NCBI GenBank assembly: GCA_964544915.1
Contig: CAZJDY010000020.1
Coordinates: forward strand, 69,532 to 133,531
From: an uncultured Methanomassiliicoccaceae archaeon
GTDB lineage: Archaea; Thermoplasmatota; Thermoplasmata; Methanomassiliicoccales; JACIVX01
Length of the DNA stretch: 64,000 nt
Reading direction: 5' to 3'
Part shown: in pieces, positions 9,443-17,330 of the stretch
How the letters are laid out: each line of letters starts with the position of its first letter
Position numbering within the stretch: position 1 is the stretch's first letter
Translations under genes and position numbers: made by a program
The notes under the pieces: generated by a model
Databases searched by the model: none
Seen by the model: only the letters and a program-made list of their open reading frames with translations
Told to the model about the DNA's origin: nothing

Positions 9443-9731
9443 CTGTCCAAGATGGAGAGAGAAGCGATACCGGCAAGGCACATGGGTCTCAGGAAGAAGC
9501 TCTGGACTCTGGAAGGGAATCGGTCACCCAAATCCTCTTCCGAGGGTTCTGAGACGCATGTCGAAGAGGTATTCGAGGAGATAGGGCAACCCCAGACAAA
9601 GCTGAACGAGCAAGCAGATTCCTGTTGGGAGTCTCCGCGTCTCTTGGCTCCTCTTGGCGTCCGATTCGTTTTGAATCGGGCGGTCCATTCGATGGAAGAA
9701 CAGTTATAGCATTTGAGCACGATTCAATCCG

Positions 9732-10631
9732 ATGGTGGCGAGAATGGAAACGGACGTTGCAATCATCGGGAGTGGACCCGCAGGAATCCAAGCCGCGATT
9801 CACGCGGCCAGGAGGAAGGTGCGTGTCATCATCATTGGTCGCAGCGAGAACAGCGCTCTTGCGAAAGCCAAAGTCGAGAACTACTTCGCGGTGACATCCG
9901 TCGATGGTAAGGACATGCTTGCAGTAGGTCGCGAGCAGGCACTGCGTTTCGGAGCTCGATTCCTCGACCAGGACGTTGTCCAGTTGAAGAGGGAGAAGGA
10001 TGGTTTCCACCTGCTGACAGATCATGATCGAGAGGTGGTGTCGAAGACCCTCATACTCGCCCCAGGGATCTCGAGGACGAAACTGGGAATAAGCGGAGAG
10101 AAGGAATTCCTCGGGAAGGGAGTGAGCTATTGCGCCGCGTGCGATTGTCATTTCTTCAAGGGTAAGAGGGTCGTCGTCGTTGGGGACGAGAGCGTCGCCG
10201 CCTCCGCTAGTCTATTGCTCAGGGAATATGCGTCGAAGGTGTACTGGATTGCCAGGAAAATGAAGGTCGCCCAACCGTTGCTCGATAAGGTCAAGGCGAC
10301 CGACATCGAGATCCATGCTCCCGCCTCACCGATCAAGATTCTCGGAGACGAGATGGTGACGGGGATCGAGTTTGTGGATGGGAGCAAGCTCGATGTGGAT
10401 GGGGTCTTCATCGAACTGGGAGCGATGGGGTCGATCGAGCTTGCCCTGGAGATTGGGATAGTACCAGACCCAAGAGGTTTCATCCCGGTCGATGCCGAGT
10501 GCAAGACCGAGGCACACGGTGTGTTCGCGTGCGGCGACGTTACGGGGATGCCGTGGCAGCTGGCGAGGGCGGTAGGCCAGGGTTGTATCGCCGGAACGAA
10601 CGCGGCGAGAATGGTGAGAAAAGAAGAGTGA
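9732..10631 (+). CDS. trxB: Thioredoxin-disulfide reductase (FAD/NAD(P)-binding)
   Basis: GSGPAG dinucleotide motif, redox-active CAACD, second Rossmann VVVVGDES, and C-terminal GVFACGDV. A TATA-like TTATAG lies 23-28 nt upstream. Confidence 0.85.
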   Translation: MVARMETDVAIIGSGPAGIQAAIHAARRKVRVIIIGRSENSALAKAKVENYFAVTSVDGKDMLAVGREQALRFGARFLDQDVVQLKREKDGFHLLTDHDREVVSKTLILAPGISRTKLGISGEKEFLGKGVSYCAACDCHFFKGKRVVVVGDESVAASASLLLREYASKVYWIARKMKVAQPLLDKVKATDIEIHAPASPIKILGDEMVTGIEFVDGSKLDVDGVFIELGAMGSIELALEIGIVPDPRGFIPVDAECKTEAHGVFACGDVTGMPWQLARAVGQGCIAGTNAARMVRKEE

Positions 10632-10637
10632 GTCCTC

Positions 10638-11159
10638 ATGTCTATTGAGAACGAGTTGATTCTTGGGATGCTGAGAGGCGAGGGAGGGTTCAAGGACGCG
10701 CTCAGGAGGGTGTTGGAGGAAGACCTCCAGATGAGCGTTCACGAATTCTGCGCAAGGACCGGTCTGTCCCTCAGCACGATCTACAAGATAATGCAGGAGA
10801 AGCGAGAGCCGAACCTGAGAACCGTCAGGCACGTGATCAAGGCCGTCCGCAAGCTCGAGAAGCATCCAGGTGGGAACTTCATCGCGGTCATAGCCAGCAG
10901 GCCTGTTCTGGATAAGATCGAGGAACGTATCGTGAGAATCGGGGGAAAGGCCATCAGGGTGAAAGAGTACCCGGCGTCGACGATGGAGGAAGCGATAATC
11001 TCCGCCGTAATGGCCGAGAGGGACGGAGCGCTCGCTGTCGTGTGCGCACCGATCATCGCTCCGACGATTGAGAAGATACTCTCGATTCCGGTTTCGGTCG
11101 TGATACCGAGGGATAGTATGCTTAGGGCTATCGAGAGTGCCGCTGAGAAGACGGTCTAG
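10638..11159 (+). CDS. HTH (XRE-like) domain protein with an uncharacterised C-terminal domain
   Basis: 173 aa. [32 protein letters not shown] is a helix-turn-helix. Starts 6 nt after the trxB stop. Confidence 0.5.
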   Translation: MSIENELILGMLRGEGGFKDALRRVLEEDLQMSVHEFCARTGLSLSTIYKIMQEKREPNLRTVRHVIKAVRKLEKHPGGNFIAVIASRPVLDKIEERIVRIGGKAIRVKEYPASTMEEAIISAVMAERDGALAVVCAPIIAPTIEKILSIPVSVVIPRDSMLRAIESAAEKTV

Positions 11160-11911
11160 TGACTAGCGACCGTCTCTCTTTCCAGCTCGGCCAGTATCTT
11201 CTTCCTGAGAGAAGCGAATTCGACGCTCGCCCTGTCTCTAGGGCGCTCCCACTCGACGTTGAAAACATACCTGATATTTCCCGGACGGGCGGACATCACC
11301 ACCACTCTGTCAGCAACGAAGACAGCCTCGTCGACCGAGTGCGTGATGAAGACGACGGTCTTCTTCATCTCCGACCATATGCGAAGGAGCTCCTTTTGCA
11401 TCAGGTTCCTTGTCTGAGCATCCAGAGCGCCGAACGGCTCATCCATCAGGAGAATCTCCGGATCATTCGCGAGCGCCCTCGCGATTCCGACCCTCTGCTT
11501 CATCCCGCCGGAGAGCTCGTACGGATGGGAGTTCTCGAAGCCCTTCAACCCAACGAGATCGATATATTTGTCCGAGATCTTCCTTCTTTCTTCCTTCTCA
11601 ACCTTCCTGATCTCAAGACCGAATTCGATGTTCTTTCTCACGGTCCTCCACGGGAACAGGCCGAACTCCTGGAACACCATTCCCCGGTCGGAACCCGGGC
11701 CAGTTATCTCCTTGTTGTTCAATAGGATTGTACCGCCAGTGGGTTCCTCCAGACCGGCTATGATCCTCAGAAGGGTGGTCTTTCCACAGCCCGACGGGCC
11801 GAGCACGCAGACGAACTCTCCGTCCATTATGTCGATACTGAAATCCTCGATTGCGACTAGCTCGCTTTCGTCCTTCTTGAAGGATTTGTGTAGATCCTTG
11901 ATCGAGAGGAT
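11156..11911 (-). CDS. NitT/TauT-family (sulfonate/nitrate/taurine type) ABC transporter ATP-binding protein; start codon non-canonical (see findings)
   Basis: Walker [10 protein letters not shown], signature LSGGMKQR, Walker B LLMDEP. The conserved N-terminal strands [11 protein letters not shown].. lie upstream of the first ATG (11827) with no ATG/GTG/TTG available. The 5' end is set at ATC 11911..11909. Confidence 0.8.
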   Translation of the reverse strand: MLSIKDLHKSFKKDESELVAIEDFSIDIMDGEFVCVLGPSGCGKTTLLRIIAGLEEPTGGTILLNNKEITGPGSDRGMVFQEFGLFPWRTVRKNIEFGLEIRKVEKEERRKISDKYIDLVGLKGFENSHPYELSGGMKQRVGIARALANDPEILLMDEPFGALDAQTRNLMQKELLRIWSEMKKTVVFITHSVDEAVFVADRVVVMSARPGNIRYVFNVEWERPRDRASVEFASLRKKILAELERETVASH

Positions 11912-12735
11912 TACTTCATGCCCATCCGTCTTGACACCCTCCTTTCAATATACCCACTGAGCTCCGTGGTCACTATTCCAAGTATTGCGATCACGACCAT
12001 GCCTGCGAACATGTAGTCATATTTGCCAACTAGTGACATCTGCGAGATGTAGAGTCCTACGCCCCCTCCTTGCGCCACTATCATCTCAGCTGCGACTATG
12101 CACATCCAGCCAATCCCCAGGCCAATACGTATGCCCGTCATCAAATACGGTATCGTGGACGGCAGAATGACCTTTCTGAACAGTGTCGGTTTGCTCGCTC
12201 CCTGAGTCTTGGCGACATCGAGCAAGAGTGGATCGACGCTTTTCACCCCGAAGATTACGTTCGAGAGCACTGGGAAGAAGACACCAAGGAACACTGGCAT
12301 GATAGGGCCCCAGAAGACCCCTGCAACTATGAAGAAGAAAGGAGCCCATGCGATGGGAGGTATCGGTCGGAATATTTCGACTATCGTCCTTCCGAAGGTG
12401 TCAGCCACCTTCGAGAAGCCCATGAGCAGCCCCAACGGCAATGCAAGGACGAACGCTATGGCGAATCCCCAAAGGAACCGAACAAGGCTTTGACTCATGT
12501 GTTGCCACATCGTCACGCCCGTGGTAGGATCCGGGTTCTGGAAAGCATCGACGAACGCTACGCCGACCTCGTATGGCGAGGGGAAGAACGCCGAGTGCAG
12601 TAGGCTTGAAAGCCCCCACCATGCAAGAATGAACACCACAAGGGAAACGATGACGATTGTGGTGTTCTTCAACAACCCGCGTTCCGAATCGTGTGAAAGG
12701 AAGTGCTTCAGTCTCCCAAGGGTGTTGGGTTCCAT
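11911..12735 (-). CDS. NitT/TauT-family ABC transporter permease
   Basis: 274 aa, polytopic, with an EAA-like region [26 protein letters not shown]. Confidence 0.85.
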   Translation of the reverse strand: MEPNTLGRLKHFLSHDSERGLLKNTTIVIVSLVVFILAWWGLSSLLHSAFFPSPYEVGVAFVDAFQNPDPTTGVTMWQHMSQSLVRFLWGFAIAFVLALPLGLLMGFSKVADTFGRTIVEIFRPIPPIAWAPFFFIVAGVFWGPIMPVFLGVFFPVLSNVIFGVKSVDPLLLDVAKTQGASKPTLFRKVILPSTIPYLMTGIRIGLGIGWMCIVAAEMIVAQGGGVGLYISQMSLVGKYDYMFAGMVVIAILGIVTTELSGYIERRVSRRMGMK

Positions 12736-12782
12736 TTGACCACGGCAATACGGTCAAAAAGTAAAAAGGTTTGGAGTGAAGC

Positions 12783-13877
12783 TCAGGCAGGTTTGAGCTT
12801 CACGGTGTAACCATGTGCATTTGCCACTGAGAGCAACAGCAGGTACTGTATCGACGACGCTCCTGGGGTTGCGATCGTCTGCCCCTCCAAATCCTCCCAG
12901 GAGTGGATTGTCGGGCTGACGATTATCGCCGAACCTTCGCTGTTCGCTTGAGCGACGATTATCGTGTTCACACCGCTGTTGAGGTGGAACAGAATGGCCG
13001 GCGGACTTCCCAAGTAACCCATGTCGGCTGCCCTTCCAGCGAATGCAGTCATGATGCTTCCGCCAGCGCCGTATCCCCCTGGAAGTGGGTCCACCGTTCT
13101 CACTCCGTACTTCTCGAAGAGCGTCTTGCCTTCGCCAACGGTCTTGTTCTCCGCAACGACCCTTGCGAATTGGTGGAGATCTCCGGTAAGGTACGCCATC
13201 CTGACTTCTCCCACTATGACGTCGCTGGGCATGATGGAGTCCGCGCTGGCGAGGTAGCTGCTGTCAACGTAGTTGGTGACAAAGTCGTTGACTGAGCTGT
13301 ATCCCCTAGCAGCCAGCTTGTCTTCTTTTATCTGTCCGAGATCGATGTACGACTGGGTGAACATCTTCAGCCCATCAACGAATTGCTGGTTCATCCTGTA
13401 GTCTAGAGTCATATGGCCCATGGCGGCCGCCACAACTGAATCGTTGCGGTTACTGAACTTACCACCTATGTCTAGTAGCAGATTGTAGTCATCGCTGCCC
13501 GGATTCGCCCATGCGGCTGCAATCCACTTGTTGGCCTCTATGTGGGCTTTCAGAACCCTCATGACCAGGTTGGGGTGGTTCTGGGCGAATGTTTTATCAA
13601 CTGCCACCACGCAGCAGGGATGGTGTGGCCAGATGTCTCCTGACCAGTTCAGCACCACAGCTGTTCCATCGAGCAATGAATCGGACACGTACGGTTCCCA
13701 GCTCACGCCACCAGCAACGTCACCTCTTTGAATCGCAACCTTCTGGTTCACGGGGGGAACTGTCAGCCAGTATACGACCTTCCCTGTCTCTTCTCCGCCG
13801 AGGCATCCCGCGGCTGCGATCCCGGTGACTGCGATGGCAACGACCAGAAACACGGAAATTGCAGGATTTGGTTTCAT
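12783..13877 (-). CDS. NMT1/SsuA-like ABC substrate-binding lipoprotein
   Basis: Start moved to ATG 13877, preceded by GGTGAT. The signal peptide ends in a lipobox-like AAAGC. Last gene position of an SBP-permease-ATPase operon. Confidence 0.75.
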   Translation of the reverse strand: MKPNPAISVFLVVAIAVTGIAAAGCLGGEETGKVVYWLTVPPVNQKVAIQRGDVAGGVSWEPYVSDSLLDGTAVVLNWSGDIWPHHPCCVVAVDKTFAQNHPNLVMRVLKAHIEANKWIAAAWANPGSDDYNLLLDIGGKFSNRNDSVVAAAMGHMTLDYRMNQQFVDGLKMFTQSYIDLGQIKEDKLAARGYSSVNDFVTNYVDSSYLASADSIMPSDVIVGEVRMAYLTGDLHQFARVVAENKTVGEGKTLFEKYGVRTVDPLPGGYGAGGSIMTAFAGRAADMGYLGSPPAILFHLNSGVNTIIVAQANSEGSAIIVSPTIHSWEDLEGQTIATPGASSIQYLLLLSVANAHGYTVKLKPA

Positions 13878-13907
13878 CGGATCACCTTGAGTCAAAAAAA
13901 TACCATA

Positions 13908-13916
13908 CATATAAAT
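13908..13916 (-). promoter_or_regulatory. TATA-like box for the SBP-permease-ATPase operon
   Basis: Minus-strand ATTTATATG, about 31 nt upstream of ATG 13877. Confidence 0.35.
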
Positions 13917-14119
13917 GGCTTTTCTCCATAGAGGAAATAAGTGTCCTAATTGTACGTGTTGAAGGCGAATCTTGCACATCTGGACGCTTAAACAATTGTT
14001 CGTATGACTTGATTGTCCGTCTTCTCGTTCTTGTTACATAACAGAACACAATGCAAGAGATAGGTGAACCCGAAAGAAAAGAATTATAGGGCTTACTTTG
14101 TATCAATGGGTCTGATAAT

Positions 14120-14572
14120 ATGTTCGAGCTGAACGTCGTCAGCAATACCCCGTTGACGCCATTGGATGACGTCGACGATGTGGCTTTGCAGTTTCTCACC
14201 CAGATTGGCTATTTGCCGACAGGCTACGACCCGAAGACTGAAGTGACCAACGTCAAGGACAGTGTCCCATACAAGTTGTTCATGAAGTGCTTCATGAGGA
14301 ACATGAAACGAGTCTGGCTAGTTGAGGAACTTGCCGCAACTCTCAAAACGACCAAGCCCACGATTTACCGCCACTTGAACAAGTTGAAAGGAATGGACGT
14401 GATCGAGGAGCTCTTGACTGAGCGAGGGAAGCAGAGCAAGAAAGGCTACAGGATCCGTTACGGTGACCTCAAGAAGGCATGGAGCTTCACGGAGGCGAAC
14501 GTCGAGATGGCCATGGATGGATACAGGAAGACAGTAGACCATCTCCAGAAGCTTGTCGAGGAGGAACGTTAG
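14120..14572 (+). CDS. Winged-helix transcriptional regulator
   Basis: 150 aa. VEELAATLKTTKPTIYRHLNKLKGMDVIEE is an ArsR/MarR-like HTH. Confidence 0.6.
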   Translation: MFELNVVSNTPLTPLDDVDDVALQFLTQIGYLPTGYDPKTEVTNVKDSVPYKLFMKCFMRNMKRVWLVEELAATLKTTKPTIYRHLNKLKGMDVIEELLTERGKQSKKGYRIRYGDLKKAWSFTEANVEMAMDGYRKTVDHLQKLVEEER

Positions 14573-14860
14573 ATGCCCGCGAAAGAGACCACCGAACCCA
14601 CCCTAACGAAAGGGTCGAAGTGGAAGGTGATTAGTAGCGGCGGCGAAGGCAAGTCGATAGTCTCCGTCGGCGTGTTCAAGGGATACGTCGCCTTCGGACA
14701 CGATTCGGCGATAGGCATCGAACTGGATTCGACGCACGGCGAGGACGCCGGGCGGATACGGGTCATACCCTGTGTGTCTGTTCTGTCGCTGGACCTGATC
14801 TCCATCAAGCAGGAAGAAGAGGAGAAGGACACCGAGGAGCGAGGGGTCTACTTCGGATAG
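14573..14860 (+). CDS. Hypothetical protein
   Basis: 95 aa. The ATG immediately follows the upstream TAG (TAGATG), so it is probably co-transcribed. No recognisable motif. Confidence 0.4.
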   Translation: MPAKETTEPTLTKGSKWKVISSGGEGKSIVSVGVFKGYVAFGHDSAIGIELDSTHGEDAGRIRVIPCVSVLSLDLISIKQEEEEKDTEERGVYFG

Positions 14861-14872
14861 ACCGACTGGCCT

Positions 14873-16483
14873 TTGGCGAAATCGCCTCTGCAGAGCAGAC
14901 ACAGACTTTTTATCCGACGGCGTAATGGTGATGCCGTGGACTATCACGAGCGCCTGTTGGGCATGATACTGGACGGGACGATAAGGGATCGAAAGATCCT
15001 CCAGGCCACGAAGATCGCGCTGTCCAAGGAGTATCGTCTCGGGCGGGTACCATCGAACTCCGAGACCCTTGCTAGAGCAGACCCCAAGACACTTGCTCTA
15101 GTTGAGCCTTTGCTCCGCCGGAAACCGGTTCGCACTCTCAGCGGCGTCGCGGTGGTTGCCGTCATGACATCTCCAGTATCGTGTCCCCACGGCAAATGCT
15201 CATACTGCCCCGGCGGGGTCGAGACGGGGTCCCCACAATCGTACACGGGCAAGGAGCCCGCGGCCCGGAGGGCCCTGGCGAACGAGTTCGATCCGTTCAG
15301 GCAGGTATTCAGCAGGCTCAGGCAGCTCGAGGCGATTGGTCACCCCACCGACAAGGTAGATCTCATCATTATGGGAGGTACGTTCACCTCCAGGCCGGTG
15401 GAGTATCAGACGTCCTTCGTTCAGAGGTGCTTTGACGCCTTGAACGTGGGAGAGAGTGCGGGTCTTCTGGACGCGCACCTCAAGAACGAGAGCTCGGCCC
15501 ACCGATGCATCGGCATGACGATTGAGACGAGACCGGACGTTTTCGACGACTCGAAGGCGACATTCTCGATGGAACTGGGGGCGACGAGGGTCGAGCTGGG
15601 CGTTCAGATACTAGACGATGATATCCTCAAGGGAGTGAATAGGGGGCACGGCGTGGAGGCAGTCGCGCAGGCAACGAAGATGGCTAAGGATAAGGGCCTC
15701 AAGGTGTGCTACCACGTCATGCCAGGTCTCCCTGGCTCCAGCCCGGAGAAGGACGTCGAGCGCTTCACCATGGTTTTCAATGACGAGAGATTCAGGCCCG
15801 ATATGATCAAGATCTATCCGACCTTGGTCGTTAAGGGCACGCCTCTGTACGACATGTGGCGCGGGGGTGCATACTCGCCGTACTCTACAGAAGATGCGGT
15901 TAGGGTGATCGTCGAGATGAAGAGGATTGTCCCGCCCTACGTCAGGATTCAGCGTATCCAGAGGGACATACCCGTACCTTTGATAGAGGCAGGCGTCGAC
16001 AAGGGCCACATCAGGCAACTTGTCAAGGAGAGGATGCGCAGCGAGGGCTACAGCTGCAACTGCATCAGGTGCAGAGAGGTCGGGCTGATGGGGGTGGAAT
16101 CGTACGAAAGGGACGACATGCGTCTCAACGCGATGAGCTATCAGGCGTCCGGGGGGACTGAGCACTTCATCTCGTTCGAGATTCCTGAGATACGGGCCCT
16201 GGTCGGTTACGCGAGACTCAGACTAGGCACCTCATCTTCCGGCGGATGGCAGGCGCATCTCAGGGAGCTTAAGGTGTTCGGGCAGATGGTCCCGATCGGT
16301 GACTCGGGGGAGGGATGGCAGCATCGCGGTTTCGGAAAGGAGCTCATGGTCGAGGCAGAGAGGGTCGCCCGGGAGGCCGGTAGCGGGGAGATCCTTGTGA
16401 CGAGCGGGGTCGGAGTGCGGCAGTATTATTCATCCCTTGGATACGAGCGCTCGGGCGTCTACATGGCGAAATCGCTTAGGTAA
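14873..16483 (+). CDS. elp3: Elp3-family radical-SAM / GNAT tRNA-modification enzyme
   Basis: Radical-SAM cluster motif CPHGKCSYCPGG, a long Elp3-type core, and a C-terminal GNAT segment HRGFGKELMVEAERVAREAG. The track start is TTG, so the start is uncertain. Confidence 0.85.
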   Translation: MAKSPLQSRHRLFIRRRNGDAVDYHERLLGMILDGTIRDRKILQATKIALSKEYRLGRVPSNSETLARADPKTLALVEPLLRRKPVRTLSGVAVVAVMTSPVSCPHGKCSYCPGGVETGSPQSYTGKEPAARRALANEFDPFRQVFSRLRQLEAIGHPTDKVDLIIMGGTFTSRPVEYQTSFVQRCFDALNVGESAGLLDAHLKNESSAHRCIGMTIETRPDVFDDSKATFSMELGATRVELGVQILDDDILKGVNRGHGVEAVAQATKMAKDKGLKVCYHVMPGLPGSSPEKDVERFTMVFNDERFRPDMIKIYPTLVVKGTPLYDMWRGGAYSPYSTEDAVRVIVEMKRIVPPYVRIQRIQRDIPVPLIEAGVDKGHIRQLVKERMRSEGYSCNCIRCREVGLMGVESYERDDMRLNAMSYQASGGTEHFISFEIPEIRALVGYARLRLGTSSSGGWQAHLRELKVFGQMVPIGDSGEGWQHRGFGKELMVEAERVAREAGSGEILVTSGVGVRQYYSSLGYERSGVYMAKSLR

Positions 16484-16523
16484 TGTTTTATTCCGTGTCG
16501 CGCATACTCGAACTGGTGTTCCA

Positions 16524-17330
16524 TTGGGTTGCGTGGTGTGCGGTGCGGAGACCAAAGGTGCCGCCATCCTCTGCGGGAAATGCTTCGGGGAGATAGACGA
16601 CCCATTGTCCCTACTGCCCGCCGCTTTGGACCCCAAATCGGACCAGCGTCTTTTCCAGATCGGCAGCGTTTCTCTGAGGATCGGGCCTGTGTCCTCGGCT
16701 GACATATCATTCTCCAAGGGGCTCGAGCCAGCCCTCCGCTTGAGAGAAATTCTCGCCTCGGAGGACAAGGTTGGCCTGCCCCAGTTCGTGGATTATTATC
16801 TTGCAGGATTGGGTTTGGGGCTGTACCTGAGGGGGGACGAGAGACTTCCCCGAAGGGGCATAATCTGGAACATCATGCAGAGCGCGAAGGATCTGGACTT
16901 CAAGACGGAACAGTGGGCCGCCGCCTCGGTCCGCATGGGGAACATCTATGCTCTCCTTGTACGAGAGGTCTCGAGGCTTCCGATCGAGGCCTCGGCCGCC
17001 CTGCCGTTCCTTCAAAAGAGTTCCGACCTCGCGAGGACGCTTTACGCCAGGTCCCTGCCGTACTCGTCGCCGAATCGCGCGGTTTCCGCCAATGAAGCGT
17101 TGCTTGATCACTGGACCGGTGATTCGGAGAAGGCGCTGTCGACCGTCGAAGGCCTGGTCGGTTCTGAGAAGTCGGAATCGATCAAGGCCCACCTGCTGAT
17201 CGTCAAGGCGACGATCCTCGCCGAGACTGGAATGAAGCCGCAGGTGGTCCAGGTCCTGGAGAGCATCCCGGGCAAAGTGAGAGATGAGCGGGTCGCAAGA
17301 TTGAAGGCTCTGCTCGGGGTGACCAGATGA
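16524..17330 (+). CDS. Zinc-ribbon (CxxC-x10-CxxC) protein with an alpha-helical repeat body
   Basis: CVVCGAETKGAAILCGKCFGE sits at the N-terminus. The track ORF starts at 16437 inside elp3, so TTG 16524 or GTG 16533 is more plausible. The stop overlaps the next gene's start (ATGA). Confidence 0.5.
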   Translation: MGCVVCGAETKGAAILCGKCFGEIDDPLSLLPAALDPKSDQRLFQIGSVSLRIGPVSSADISFSKGLEPALRLREILASEDKVGLPQFVDYYLAGLGLGLYLRGDERLPRRGIIWNIMQSAKDLDFKTEQWAAASVRMGNIYALLVREVSRLPIEASAALPFLQKSSDLARTLYARSLPYSSPNRAVSANEALLDHWTGDSEKALSTVEGLVGSEKSESIKAHLLIVKATILAETGMKPQVVQVLESIPGKVRDERVARLKALLGVTR

